A DNA stretch of 64,000 nt, from NCBI GenBank assembly GCA_051362555.1, contig CM120643.1:1302001-1366000 (forward strand), read 5' to 3'. The notes below the pieces were generated by a model. It was given only the letters and a program-made list of their open reading frames with translations, did not search any database and was not told where the DNA came from. Position numbers and translations under genes: made by a program. The DNA comes from Lingula anatina (lineage: Eukaryota; Animalia; Brachiopoda). Of the stretch, positions 12,045 through 24,500 are shown one piece after another; position 1 is the first letter of the stretch, and each line of letters opens with the position of its first letter.

Positions 12045-14084
12045 ATTTTAGAGCAAAGTTTGACCGCTTATGTGCCAGTGGTGCAGTCCCAGTTTACAGA
12101 CAGCGAGTAGCTATTGTTGGTCCCTACGGTGTGGGGAAGACTCATCTCGTCAAGCGCCTCCTTCAAGAGGAATATGACGAAGAAACAGACGCATATACAC
12201 CTGGTGTGAAGATATACCGCCATAGGTGCATCGTCCATAAAGACGGCCGATCTTGTTGGGTCAGAGGGAAAGGTAATGAGACTTAGAAAACATATTTGAC
12301 ACTAGTGTATTTGGGAAGGAAAGAACAGAATGGAGCAAAATTAGGGGCGCTGTACTTTTCCATAAGCTCTAAAGTGGTTAAGATTTTCCCACCACATTGG
12401 GCTGGAAGACGAGGGGGGTACCATCAGTGCATATTCATGTATGGCTATCAACAACTTTGCTGAAAAAGTGCTCGTTCAAAAGCTTTGTGGGTTTCTTGTC
12501 AATATTCAGACACCTGCGATCGTGACAGTTTCATTTTCCAAGATTCTTCATATTTTTGTAAACCTTCGTCTTGTATATTTTTCAAACCAGGCTCTAGGCC
12601 CTATGGCCCCTATAAGTCACACAGCTCCATAACCTGATGCATCTTGGGTTAGAAAATATCATGTCAATATGAATGTTCTTTTCACAATCCTCAGATGACC
12701 CAGAAGATCACCTGGTGCAACACATGGTAATTGGAATACAGAAACCAGACGCATTCCGCCGGGTAGACCAAGTGGACGAAAAGCCACCAGTGGAATCCCG
12801 AAAGGTGGAGAAGGTTATTTATAGCAACACTCGGGAGTCAGAAACAGGTACATGTTCCTCACTTACGGTTTTTTAATAGAACAGAAACAATAAATTATAT
12901 TTCTTTACTTTCCAAAAAAAAAAAAAAAAAATGCACACCTTTTTCACGACTGTGGTCCATCCATTTCGTAAGAGTCCACTTAATATCGTAATATCTGGGG
13001 AATGTATGAAACAGTATTCTTTGGTATAAGACAGTGCGGAATATGTTACGGCCAATGAAGTAGCAATTTCATTGTCACCACTCTTTCAGCAATCAATGGG
13101 AGCATTCACATCGAGATGAGTCAAGGTCTAATAAGGCCGCTACCTAAATATGGCGGACCTACATGTTAGGAAAACCACTTAATCCTGTAATGGTCTCCCC
13201 GCCTCTCACCCTCGGTTCCCCCACGCATCGTCCCTCGACAGGTTGAATTGAGCCGAGATTTAATTAGTGAGCCCCTTCAGGGACGACGCGCGGAGAGGCG
13301 TGTGAGAGATAGAGAGACCATTAACGAATTAAGCGGTTTCCCTTTCATGTAGGTCCGCCATATTAGGTAGCGATCTTACTAGACCTCGGTTCCTCTCGAT
13401 GTGAATTCTCCCAATGTTACCTAACTTAAATATACCGTAAACCACGTTCATAAGACCCTTCCAAATTAATCGTATTTATAGCAGAGACAGCCAGTTTCAA
13501 GAATTTCCATCCGGACCTTGTGCAAAAAATAGAGTCAGGTGCTCGTGGAGAACCTGTGGATCCTGAGAAACAGATTACAATTTGGGATTTTGGTGGTCAA
13601 GATGTTTACTACACCACTCACCAGACTTTCCTCTCAGAGCAGAACATCTACTTGTTGGTGTTCAGGCTTGACGTAGACCTCGATACCAAAATACCGGTAT
13701 ACAGAGGAGAGAAGACCGTGAAAGGTATGATGAAGATTACATTTAGATGCCTTTTTTTAGGTAACTGTGAAAGACCATGTTAGATGTTTTATCTGTAAGC
13801 ACTAATGCAAGTGCAACTATCCTTTAATTTGAATTGGAAACGCCGACCGTTCCTCTGTTTGCGCCTTCTGTTAATAATCAACAGAACTGGCCGTGTTATT
13901 TTTGTTGGGGAAATTGTGATAAACAGTCTTCTTTACCTTAATGTTTCTTTTACATTTTTCAGAGTTCATAGTGTATTGGTTGAACTCTATCCATATGCAC
14001 ACAGTTAGAAAATCAAAAGAAAACAAGAGCGTCATCCCACACGTTTTGATTATTGGAACTCATAAGGACAAATTGGCTTCAGAG
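12045..14084 (+). CDS. Roc (ROCO-family) GTPase domain, 4 exons: 12045-12272, 12695-12847, 13482-13724, 13963-14084
   Basis: P-loop VAIVGPYGVGKT, switch II TIWDFGGQDVYYTTHQTFLS, YLLVF, YWLNSI, G4-like IIGTHKD. GT-AG introns with compatible phases (1,1,1,0). No start exon or COR exon identified. Confidence 0.85.
13098..13412. mobile_element. Palindromic MITE in a Roc intron (related to ~985-1060 and 63500-64000)
   Basis: GGGAGCATTCACATCGAGA...TCTCGATGTGAATTCTCCC with long internal inverted arms; AAT on both flanks. Confidence 0.8.
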
Positions 14085-16389
14085 GTAATAAATCTGTTTT
14101 TTATTCAATTGTTCGATTCGTTTTATACCATACATCCCATCCGTACCACTGCACTCTTCATATTACGAGACATTGCGAGTCATTTAGACTTTTGGAGTGT
14201 ACACCTTGTATTTGCCCTAAGTATCAGAGCTTGTTCACTATTCATACATATTCATGGGGTACAGTGGTCGGAATAATTTTGTTTCCGTTGTACACCGGTG
14301 TAACAACGTTCGAAATATTTTAATCCCTATCTTGTGAATAGAAGGGGGCGGACAAACAATGGAGGGCCGTATAAATCCCTTCAAAATTCGAACGCACAAA
14401 CACAATAGCTTAGGTGGAATAACACAATACTTAATACGAGTGAACCCCATGACGCCGGTTTCTGTGGCCCAGCGCGAGCGTGACAATCCGCTGTAACTAG
14501 GTGTAATTAACAGCAGGATACATCAGCCAGAAGGTCCCTATTGTTTGATGCAGCGATAGGATTATAGCTTGAAGAGGCTAAACCCATGCTAAGGCGTGCC
14601 ACGCGAAGCGAACTGTCCTTTTGTTCACTAGTTTGGCACGCGCAGCTGGTTTTTAGTGTTGCTAACAAACTGCTAGTTAAATTTGTTATCAGTTATTTCA
14701 TCCTATATAAAATTTCCGCAGTCAAAAATTGAACTAATTATTGTTTGTTTGGTTGAAATGCATGAGCGTCAGCATCAATCTGTCTCAAAAAATTCCTATT
14801 GCATTAATTTATAAATGTATAATTTATTTATGTACTTACGTTTTAATTTGAAATATCTGCATTCAAGCTTTCAAGTATTTATAAAACATGAATGATAATG
14901 AAAGAGGAATAAGGAAATAACATATTACTTATATTATGCTTTTATTATAATATTGAAATTAAATGAGGTGCATTGACATAGGCGCAATGACAATCCAACT
15001 ACAACGTGCAACAGGGGGAAGTCTGGCTGTATGATCATACAATATACGAAAGTACGGTCAATTAAAAGTGAAAATCATCAGTTAAAGAGGAGGGGGTCTT
15101 ACTATAGCTCGCTATCTATTGTTAAACCCGACTGTTATTATCTCTCGAACAAGCTTAAAGCATGCCTATACAATTACTGTGTCTCCGGCTGCCGTTCAGA
15201 AACACCATGTCGAACATATTTTGCTATGTAGTGAGAAACATGGTACACTAGCGACTTGTTTTAGATCACTCAAGAAAGGATGCATACGTGCGACACCAGA
15301 GGAAAAACAATCAGGTATGCATCTGATCCATAAATAGTAATTGCACAGTACATGTACATGTTACTAGACCTTTGTCCTAACTCAGTAGTTAGGAATAGGA
15401 TGTTTGGATAAAAAGCTTCTATTCAACTCGCTTAGACCTAGGGCGTGATGCTATCATCCGATGAAACACGTAACTGAACCCTCTACCTGAACCTGAAGTC
15501 CCTTTATCTGAAACAAAAACTGTCCCTTGAACATGTCCATTTTTAATCGTCAAATGATTTGTGATTTCATTGAACGTCTTTGATCGAAAGCTTTCAAGTG
15601 ACAATAACCGAACCGTGTGTTGATTATTTATTAAAGCGTAATTAAGTTTATTCAACATGATCTATTTTGTAAACGATATTTGCCAAGATTGAGCTTGGAT
15701 TGATCACCGTCACTATTTAGCTACTCGCCTATAATGCGTGCTGAACGACAGACAACTTACAAATATTACCTGTGTAACTGTGCAAATGGACGCATTTAGT
15801 TAAATATAACGAAGCCGGTATTTAATCCATCGAACATATTTATATTTGTTCTTTTAAAACCAGTGTAAGGTTAACGCCAAATCAAAGCAAGCCTTGCAGA
15901 CTGGTTTTGTTTAAACTGTCGTGCATCAAGTAAAGCTAAGTAAAGCCTGTTTCTACTTCGCAGTGTTCATCCCAGCCATAAAACTGCATGAAGGATAACA
16001 AGACTCCGTAGACCTGTGCTTCAGGTTTCCAGTAGTCCCGTGTAACACAATAATATCGAAGGCCTGAGAGTAATACATATATGAAGCCGTGTATTAAAGA
16101 TTTAACAAATCAGAAATTCAAGAATTTAAACATGCTAGGTACATGCACATCACTTAATAAGTCATTTCACAAAAATCGCATCTAATTGTTTAGATTAACC
16201 TTTACTTTTATCGATCTCATCCCATTGTCTCAACTACCTAAAAGAAATATAGAGAACATGAGGAAAAGTAACACGTTTACATGCAGGCGAAGGAGTTATA
16301 CTTCAATATTAATCGCGAACAATATCAACAGCGACTAAAGACCGTTGCCTGTCTTTCACACTTTTACACAAACACACGAAGGTTTGATA

Positions 16390-18157
16390 AAGGGAGTCGC
16401 GGCGCGATATCTATCTCTTTCATTCGAACAAGCAAGGGGCTGACCCGAAGTAAGCTTTCTATACTAATGTCCTTTTTATTGTATATTGTAATTACTCTAC
16501 TTGCTCGCCTCCATTGTCTTGTAAAAGTGACAAAGAATATGTTGTATTCACACACGAGTTGAAAGAACTTTGCATAACTCCTTTGCCTTAAGTTGCATAA
16601 TGTCTTTCTCAAGGTTATAATCAGTGTGAAGAGGGTGTCTTGCCTCATTTAAAAAGGGTGTTGTTCTTCATACTGGTTGTTGCTTAACTTATGCTAATCT
16701 TAAACTTTTATGTACCAATATGGTTTTAATAAATCGCCAAAATTATGAATTTAATGAACATTGTGTATCAAACGTTTTGATACGATTTAAATAAATGGAC
16801 GAGGAGGATTACGGTATTAGGTTCTATTTACCTCTGGCTTTAACTTCGCCCTGCTATATAAATGAACAATTGTTGCAGATCGTAACAAAAAAACTTTCTT
16901 ATAGTGTTTAATGACATATATGATTAACATTGATAGTGAAACACTCCTCGACTTTAACGAATCACCTGACGTAAACTGTCTACCCGCGCTCCCCGAAAAA
17001 ACTGTTTCTTTTAATTTTGAAATGAATTGCTTTTAAGGCAAAGAAGTCCATTAAACCCTTTAGTCTCAATATCATTGTACAGCATGTTGTAATCGATATT
17101 TAAAAAATTTAATTTTTGTACTCCGCTTTCATCGAGGATACCTCAAGTTGAGGTTACAATTACGTCGCTCGCCTATGCTACTGGAATATATATTTAAGGA
17201 CAAATTAAGCTTTGTAAAGTCCCTATTGTCACACACCATAGATACTTTATGTCTTGAATGAAAAAATAGCCTCAAATTATCGTTTTGTGCTTAAACCTTT
17301 CATTATTTGAACCAAGATCTGTACTAAAGCTACCAAGACGTACATGCATCAAGTTGGGTCTGCTGGGGGAGGGGAGCATTTAAATGATAAACGAGGAAGT
17401 CTACCTGCAAAAGCAGCAGCAGTGGTTTAAATAATCGCTATCTAGACTCCTTTTTCTTTGACAGCAACATAAAAAGTGTTTAGGGAGAAAGTCACACAAA
17501 GACCCGACGTTGTTTTGTCTTCAGCATTTCTTCTTCCTTGTTATCTGCAATTACTATCGTCAATTAATGAAATCGAGAAAGCAATTAAGTGGCGGCACAT
17601 TGAACATAGTCACTAGGTGCATTTCGCTGAGTGTTTACAAGATCTAGCGACACATTTTATCGCCACGCGTTCTAGTTTGATTGGTTTAGAAAATTAAACA
17701 GTTACTCTGGCGGCTCTCAGTCATTGCTATGAATCTGACATCGAATTTAGTCCAAAATATTAGTAAATTCAGAATTATTAGCTAAAACGTAAATTGCCCT
17801 AATTTGTCAGATAATCAAAAATGCCGGTGATCCACGCGGAGGGTACGCTTTCCTAAAGGTAGCGGCGACGAACGGCGACGATCTTTTTCTGAATAGTGAA
17901 CCTTTATTAGTTACGAAAACACCCCTTTTCAACAGGCGCGTTTTATTAATTACTTCATGTCACAAAATTAATTTATACAGGCAAAACTTTATTCAAGGAA
18001 ATAGTTTCACGAAATGAACGAGAGTAAAATATAAGTCGGCACAAATATAAGGTATACAACAATGAGTCATGTTATGGATCATGTTATGGGCCATGTCGGA
18101 TTATAATGGCATACCTTGATGCAAAACAGTCTATCGTTTCTTCCACCGCGACTCCCT
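16390..18157. mobile_element. Possible old non-autonomous DNA transposon
   Basis: Short inverted termini AGGGAGTCGCGG / CCGCGACTCCCT about 1.77 kb apart; TSD not clean. Confidence 0.3.
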
Positions 18158-18639
18158 TTATTTAATGTAATGTATTACTCATTACCCGTTTCATTTGACA
18201 CTCTCTCTTTTTATCTCCCTTCCCCTTTCTCTTGTTAGAAGGAGGGTAAATAATTAAGCACTCAAAATCTGCACCACCAATCTTCAGAAAAACATAAGTC
18301 AACGAACCGACACAGCAGAATGAATCAAATAACAGCTAGCACAAATTTATATGCAGTTAGCTATAGTGTCACTACATACATAATCAGCTGCACGCGCGAA
18401 GCTGTTGAACAAAAGGATAGTTCGCTACGGGAGACCGTTTGTTTACTTAAGTACTCTAAGGGGGCGTGGCTACCCAGGCGACCAGGGGATTAGGCTAGTT
18501 ACTTTATGCCGTCAACAATCGTTTAGCGACCCTATTATTATACACTCTCTCTATTGTATTTTCCACCGCATTAATCGCAGTGTAATCTTCAAATGGTCCC
18601 CGGGGTAAATGTACATATTCTTAATCCTAGTACGGTAGA

Positions 18640-18992
18640 CTTGTGAAGATTCTTTTGTCTATAGCTATTTATATTAGTTTGATCTTACCATCCAATATTT
18701 CATCTGCTTGCAGTCAGATTTCATCAGGGAATGAGGTTGTGACAGGTATGACAACCTGTTACCCCCTCTGGTGTGCTATTTGGTCAGATCCCCCCCCCTT
18801 GCCTGCCCCTCCCTTAGGAGTGGTAGGTAGAGGTTGGGTAGCTCAGTCCCATCATTCCGATTCAACTTGGCCCCATGTAAGCGGATGTTAATTGCTTCAA
18901 GAACTTTCCGGTGTAGATCTCGTGGCTCTCTTTCCAAGATTATTATGTCTTCTATGGTTGTTGATGTTATACAATGCCCTGTCTGTTCCTGG
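18640..18992 (-). mobile_element. Penelope-like element 3' remnant (GIY-YIG C-terminus plus pseudo-LTR)
   Basis: Minus-strand translation [59 protein letters not shown] matches the end of PLE GIY-YIG endonucleases and is followed by a hammerhead motif. Confidence 0.8.
18688..18733 (-). ncRNA. Minimal type I hammerhead ribozyme of the Penelope-like element
   Basis: Minus strand: cattcc-CTGATGA-a-atctg-actgcaag-cagat-GAAA-TA-TT-ggatgg. Both core boxes intact, 5-bp stem II, imperfect stem I, minimal palindromic stem III. Confidence 0.7.
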
Positions 18993-19199
18993 CGAATTCA
19001 AGATGGCGACGGTATAGCACTCAAGCTGGGGCCACGGTGACAAAATTCTTAAATTATATATGATCGGTTGTAGTTGGACTGTGGCTGACTGTGTGAGGAT
19101 GAATATAAAGTGAAATGACAGCGGAAAAGGGCTGGATTCCCGGTACTGTGACGATAAAAGTGATTTTTTCGTGCGTTTAAAAATCGCGCCAATGAAACA

Positions 19200-20432
19200 A
19201 TGAAAAGGGGAAGACAAAGGACTTCCCATAGTTCATCATCCAGTACAGAAAACACACCGTTGGCCAAACTCCACATCAAAGAGAGCAATATGGATAAAAG
19301 CTCAAGGAAAAAAGAGGGCGACAAATATCTCATTACAGACAATACCGAAATCAGGGACATTATCAGTGATTGTTTGGCAAAATTCGAAGATAAATTGGAC
19401 GCCATTACAAAAACCTTTAAAGATTCTCTCAAACAAGTTGAGATTTCGGTTAAAAGTCTCGATGAAAATATGACCCAACTGGACGAGAAAGTAAGTGCTC
19501 TTGAAACTGAGAACAATGTGCTAAGAGAACAACTCAATGTTAGCGAGCAGAGAGTACAAAGCCTACAAAGACAAGTCGATACGGATCACCAGATAATAAT
19601 AAATCTACAAACGAGATCCATGAGAGATAACCTACTATTTCATAACATTCCCGAGACTGGACCGCAGGAAAACGTGGAGAATACACTGAGGCAGGTGCTG
19701 ATTCAACAGATGAAGATCCCCGCGGAAGAAAACGTGTCTTTTGATAGGGTTCATCGCATTGGATCGGTAACTAACGGACCCAAACCGCGGACAATAATAG
19801 CAAAATGTACGACATTCCATGACAAAAGAACTGTTATGAAATATACCAAAAATCTAAAGGGGACCTACATAAGGATAACTGACCAGTATCCCAAGGAGGT
19901 GGAAGAAAGAAGAAGAACGCTTTATCCCGTCATGAAAGAGTTAAGGGCAAAAAATATCAAACACAGGTTAGTGGGCGAAAAACTCTATGTAAATAACTCC
20001 TTATATACCCCAGATGATCGCAGGCCCGATAACTCTCTAAAAAACCTACCAACACATAGGAAAAACCATCGACATGAAATAAAGTTCTCTGAAAAGAAAA
20101 CTAAAGCAAAGGGTAACTCCTTTACGGGAATCTCTACAAGAGTGAATTCAGTCGAAGACGCACAATCTGCGCTTGCCTCCATTATAGCAGGCGGCCAAGT
20201 AAGCGGAGCCTTGCTTGTTTACGCCTACAGAATAAAAAGTGGCGGTGCCTGGACAGTATATTACAATGACAATAACGATGTAAGTGTAGCCAAAACACTG
20301 GCCAACCTCCTAGAAGCCAAGAGGGTAGAAAATAGATTGATTGTAGTGTCAAGGGTGGTTGGACAGCACTTAAATTCAGAGAGATTCAGTTATTACCAAG
20401 AGTCCGCAATTGACGCTCTCCAACTAGATTAG
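19200..20432 (+). CDS. LINE ORF1p (coiled coil + RRM + CTD) with C-terminal IMPACT/UPF0029-like domain
   Basis: 410 aa: heptad region, SMRDNLLFHNIPE, FDRVHRIG, PRTIIAK, ITDQYPKEVEERRR, then GNSFTG..VNSVEDA..YAYRI..NDNND..LLE..ENRLIVVSR..GQHL..ERF. Confidence 0.85.
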   Translation: MKRGRQRTSHSSSSSTENTPLAKLHIKESNMDKSSRKKEGDKYLITDNTEIRDIISDCLAKFEDKLDAITKTFKDSLKQVEISVKSLDENMTQLDEKVSALETENNVLREQLNVSEQRVQSLQRQVDTDHQIIINLQTRSMRDNLLFHNIPETGPQENVENTLRQVLIQQMKIPAEENVSFDRVHRIGSVTNGPKPRTIIAKCTTFHDKRTVMKYTKNLKGTYIRITDQYPKEVEERRRTLYPVMKELRAKNIKHRLVGEKLYVNNSLYTPDDRRPDNSLKNLPTHRKNHRHEIKFSEKKTKAKGNSFTGISTRVNSVEDAQSALASIIAGGQVSGALLVYAYRIKSGGAWTVYYNDNNDVSVAKTLANLLEAKRVENRLIVVSRVVGQHLNSERFSYYQESAIDALQLD

Positions 20433-21514
20433 ATCGTGTGGGCTAGGTTAGTTTGTTTGATAAGATGTAAACATATATATATATATATATATAGTCAAAT
20501 GCCTGTGTGGGTGTACAGATGTACAGATTATCTGTGTCTCGGTAGTGTACTTGATAGTAATAATTATATATATAGTTTTGAGTTATTGATCATATATTTT
20601 TATAATACAGGTATTCACGAGGCGTCTTGCTGATGTGGGCACCGGATGACCACACACACTCGTTTCTCGAGATACGGTATGCTGTTATACATGTGGTACT
20701 ACTAGCTAAGCTATTGACAATACAAGCAAATATAAGATGTATTCAACAATGCTCATTTTTCAATGTCGGTGGTACGCTGCGAATACAAGGGGACATCGTA
20801 GCTATTGGGAGTATTTGGCTACGATTATGTGCACATTGCTCAATATATATTGCTTAATAGGCAGTGACGGGGAACTAAACTCCTATTATTATTCGCTCAT
20901 GTCACAAACACAAAAAGGGCCCCTAGGTGTCCCAGCCGACATGTGTAAAATAGAACATACCGATATTTTACAGTTTGTAACAACAATACAATCACCGTGT
21001 CTGTGCACGTGACCGATGGCTAGTTGATGTATGCAAGCGTCGTGAGTGTTACCGCTGCCTTGTCTTTTCTAGGACTTGTGATACGTCCTAGGTATTTTGT
21101 AGTGATGACTCGTGTATTGTGGATATGTGTGTGTGTGAATGTATGTGTTAGTGTGTATGTCAAAATGGACAGTTTACAGCTCATGTTTTTCTGTGTAAGT
21201 GAAAGGGAGTACCTAGCAAGTGTAAGTGCGAGAGTTTCTAAGGGTACGCCCTTACCTCGAATAAGCTGTTGTACTACAGTATAAGATAGCCTACAATGAC
21301 AAATTATGTTAATTTTAATTTTTCTCTTATACTTGTCCACTAGTATAATTAATGTGTACTTATTGCATTATATTTGTATGTTGATGATAGGTGGAGCTAT
21401 TTGGAAGAACGGTGCCAATCTGGTGGTGGTAAAAAGTTGTTTCGAGGTAAGAGCGATGAAAAACAAAATAAGGGAAAAAGCTAACCTCGACATTTATTAG
21501 AGCCGTATTTTCAA

Positions 21515-24500
21515 ATGACAAATTGTATTAAGATTGTTTCCGTTAACTGCCAGGGCCTTGGGGATAGACAAAAAAGGAAAGACATATTTTCTTATTTAAG
21601 ACAACAGAAATATGATATCCTATGCCTACAAGACACACATTTTACGTCAGAAGTAGAATCAAGGGTTGGGTCTGAGTGGGGATATAAGGCCTATTTTAGC
21701 TCGTACAGGTCGAACTCGAGGGGCGTCGCTATACTTTTAAATAACACTGCCGATGTTAAAGTAATCAGTGAAAAAAAAGACGATGCGGGTAACTTTCTAT
21801 TACTAAATTGTTTATTAGAAGATAGAAAAGTGACATTGATCAATATATATGGTCCAAATCTTGATTCTCCCGACTTCTATAAACAGATAGAATTGGCGCT
21901 ACAGGATACCGATAATGAGTACTCTATTATCTGCGGTGATTTCAACTTGGTTTTAAATCCAGAAATAGATTATGATCAGACATATCGACAAATAAACAAC
22001 CCAAAAGCAAGGAAAAAAGTATTAGAACTTATTGAAATTTACGATTTAGTTGATGTGTATAGAGAACAACATGAATATTATAAGAGATATACTTGGAGGA
22101 GAAAAAATCCCATTAAACAAGCGAGACTAGATTTTTTCCTTGTGACAGAAAACCTTGTAAGAAGTATTAAAAATTCATATATCGAATCGAGTTATAGATC
22201 CGACCACTCCATTGTGGGGATTAATATTGAATTTAACCCATTTAGGAAAGGTAAAGGGTTATGGAAATTCAATAATTCTCTGCTTGATGATTTAGAATAT
22301 ATAGACAATATAAAACAACTTATTAATAATATAAAAATCCAGTATGCACTTCCTGTCTATAACCTAAATAATATCAGCTCAATTCCGGACTCTGACATAC
22401 AGTTTACCGTAAATGATCAACTTTTTCTTGAGACCCTACTTATGGAGATCAGGGGCAAAACCATTTCAGTTTCATCTTATAAGAAAAAACTAGTTGATGA
22501 CAGAGAAAAAAAATTGATAACAGAAATAAGTAATTTGGAGAGAAATTGCAATCTAAACGCAAATAATATAGAGAGATTACAAGAGGAACTAAAATACATC
22601 AGGGAAAATAAAATGAGGGGTAGTATGATAAGATCCAGGACAAAGTGGCTGGAAGAGGGTGAAAAACCCACTGAATATTTTTTAAACCTAGAAAACCGAA
22701 ATTTCACTTCAAAAATAATACCCAAGATAGTTAAAGATAACGGAGAAGAAATTACTACCCAAACATTAATTTTAAAAGAAATTAAATGCTACTACGAACA
22801 GTTATTTGCAGAGTCTAATGAAGTGATTGATGTTGACTTAAGCACAATTTTACCGCACAATTATCCATTGAGGCTCACAGATGTTGAGTCAAGTGAACTA
22901 GAGGGTATAATTAGTCTAAATGAAGCCTCCCAAATTCTGAAAAAAATGAAAAGTAATAAGAGTCCAGGCTCGGATGGGTTCACTGTCGAATTCTTCAAGG
23001 TATTCTGGTCACAGCTCGGCAATTTTGTTGTTAGATCCATAAACTGGGGTTACTCGACTGGCCAGCTTTCAATTACACAGCGACAAAGTGTAATTACGTG
23101 TCTCCCTAAGGGTGAAAAGCCCAAGCAATACTTGAAAAACTGGAGACCGATCTCTTTGTTAAACGTTACCTATAAAATAGCCTCCGGAGTCATAGCATCC
23201 AGAGTCAAGAAATACCTGGGCAAACTTATTTCAGACGATCAATGCGGTTTCATATCCGGGAGATACATCGGGGAAAGTATCCGTACTGTATACGATATTA
23301 TGCAATACACAGAAGATAACGATATTCCTGGAATGTTAGTGCTATTAGATTTCGAAAAGGCCTTTGACGCTGTGTCGTGGAAATTTATTGACAGGGTACT
23401 AGTTTTTTTTAATTTTGGTGAAAGTATTATTAAATGGATAAATATTTTTAATAAGGGTGCACAAGCAGCAATAAATCAAGGAGGCAATCTCTCAGAGTCC
23501 TTTTACATTGAAAGAGGTTGCAGGCAGGGAGACCCAATAGCCCCCTATTTGTTTATTTTATGCGCAGAAATACTCTCAATAATACTTAAGAATAACAAAA
23601 ATATAAAAAGTATCACTATTGATGACGCCCCCATTTTATTAACCCAATACGCAGACGATACGACTGTGATGCTTGATGGCTCAGAAAAGTCTTTATCCGA
23701 ACTTATGATTGAATTAGAGAAATTTTCAAAAATATCAGGGTTGAAAATAAACAAAGATAAAACAAAAATAGTATGGATAGGACGTATGAAGTTCAGTAAT
23801 TTAAAATTTTTGCCACATATGCATCTTGATTGGGGAAAGCACCAGTTTAATCTTTTGGGAATTGAATTTCATGTTAATCTATTTCAAATCCCCAAACTTA
23901 ATTTCGATAAGAAATTAGTAAAAATTAAGTCTATTCTTAATGGATGGAACAGAAGAATGATCACCCCCATCGGCAAGTGTATAATTATAAAATCCTTAAT
24001 AATTTCCCAATTAAATCACTTGTTTATATCCTTACCGAATCCTAGTCAAAGGTTTATCAATGACCTTCAGAGTGACCTCTTCCACTTTTTGTGGAACTCA
24101 AAGATCGATAAAGTTAAGCGGGATATAATTATTAAAAATTACGATGAAGGTGGTATCAAAATGACACACTTGCCTTCACTGATATCATCACTAAAATTAA
24201 CATGGATTAGACGTATTTATACAAAAAGGAAAAAATGGCAAATTATCGTAGCTAAATATCTAAATTTTGAACTTTTGTCAGTGGGTGGTAATGAGTATTT
24301 GAATAAATGTCTAAAAGTTTGCAGAAACCGGTTCTGGGGGGATGTGTTACTTGCATGGAAAGAACTCAGGGTTAAGGAAGACAAGTTAAGGGGGAAAAAC
24401 AAGCCCGTTTTGGACACCCCTGTCTGGTATAACGAAGCCCTAAAAGTAGACAGTAAGGTAATATACTATAAGCACTGGTTTAATAAAGGTATATCTACAA

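Noticed and set aside
15119-15337. Possible THAP-like start or next Roc exon
   Set aside because: No complete motif, no COR similarity and no convincing acceptor in the required phase.
18991-19001. ggcgaattcaa as TSD partner of gacgagttcaa (26201-26211)
   Set aside because: Two mismatches in 11 bp is unlikely for so young an insertion, and the upstream flank is a Penelope remnant rather than the propeller frame.
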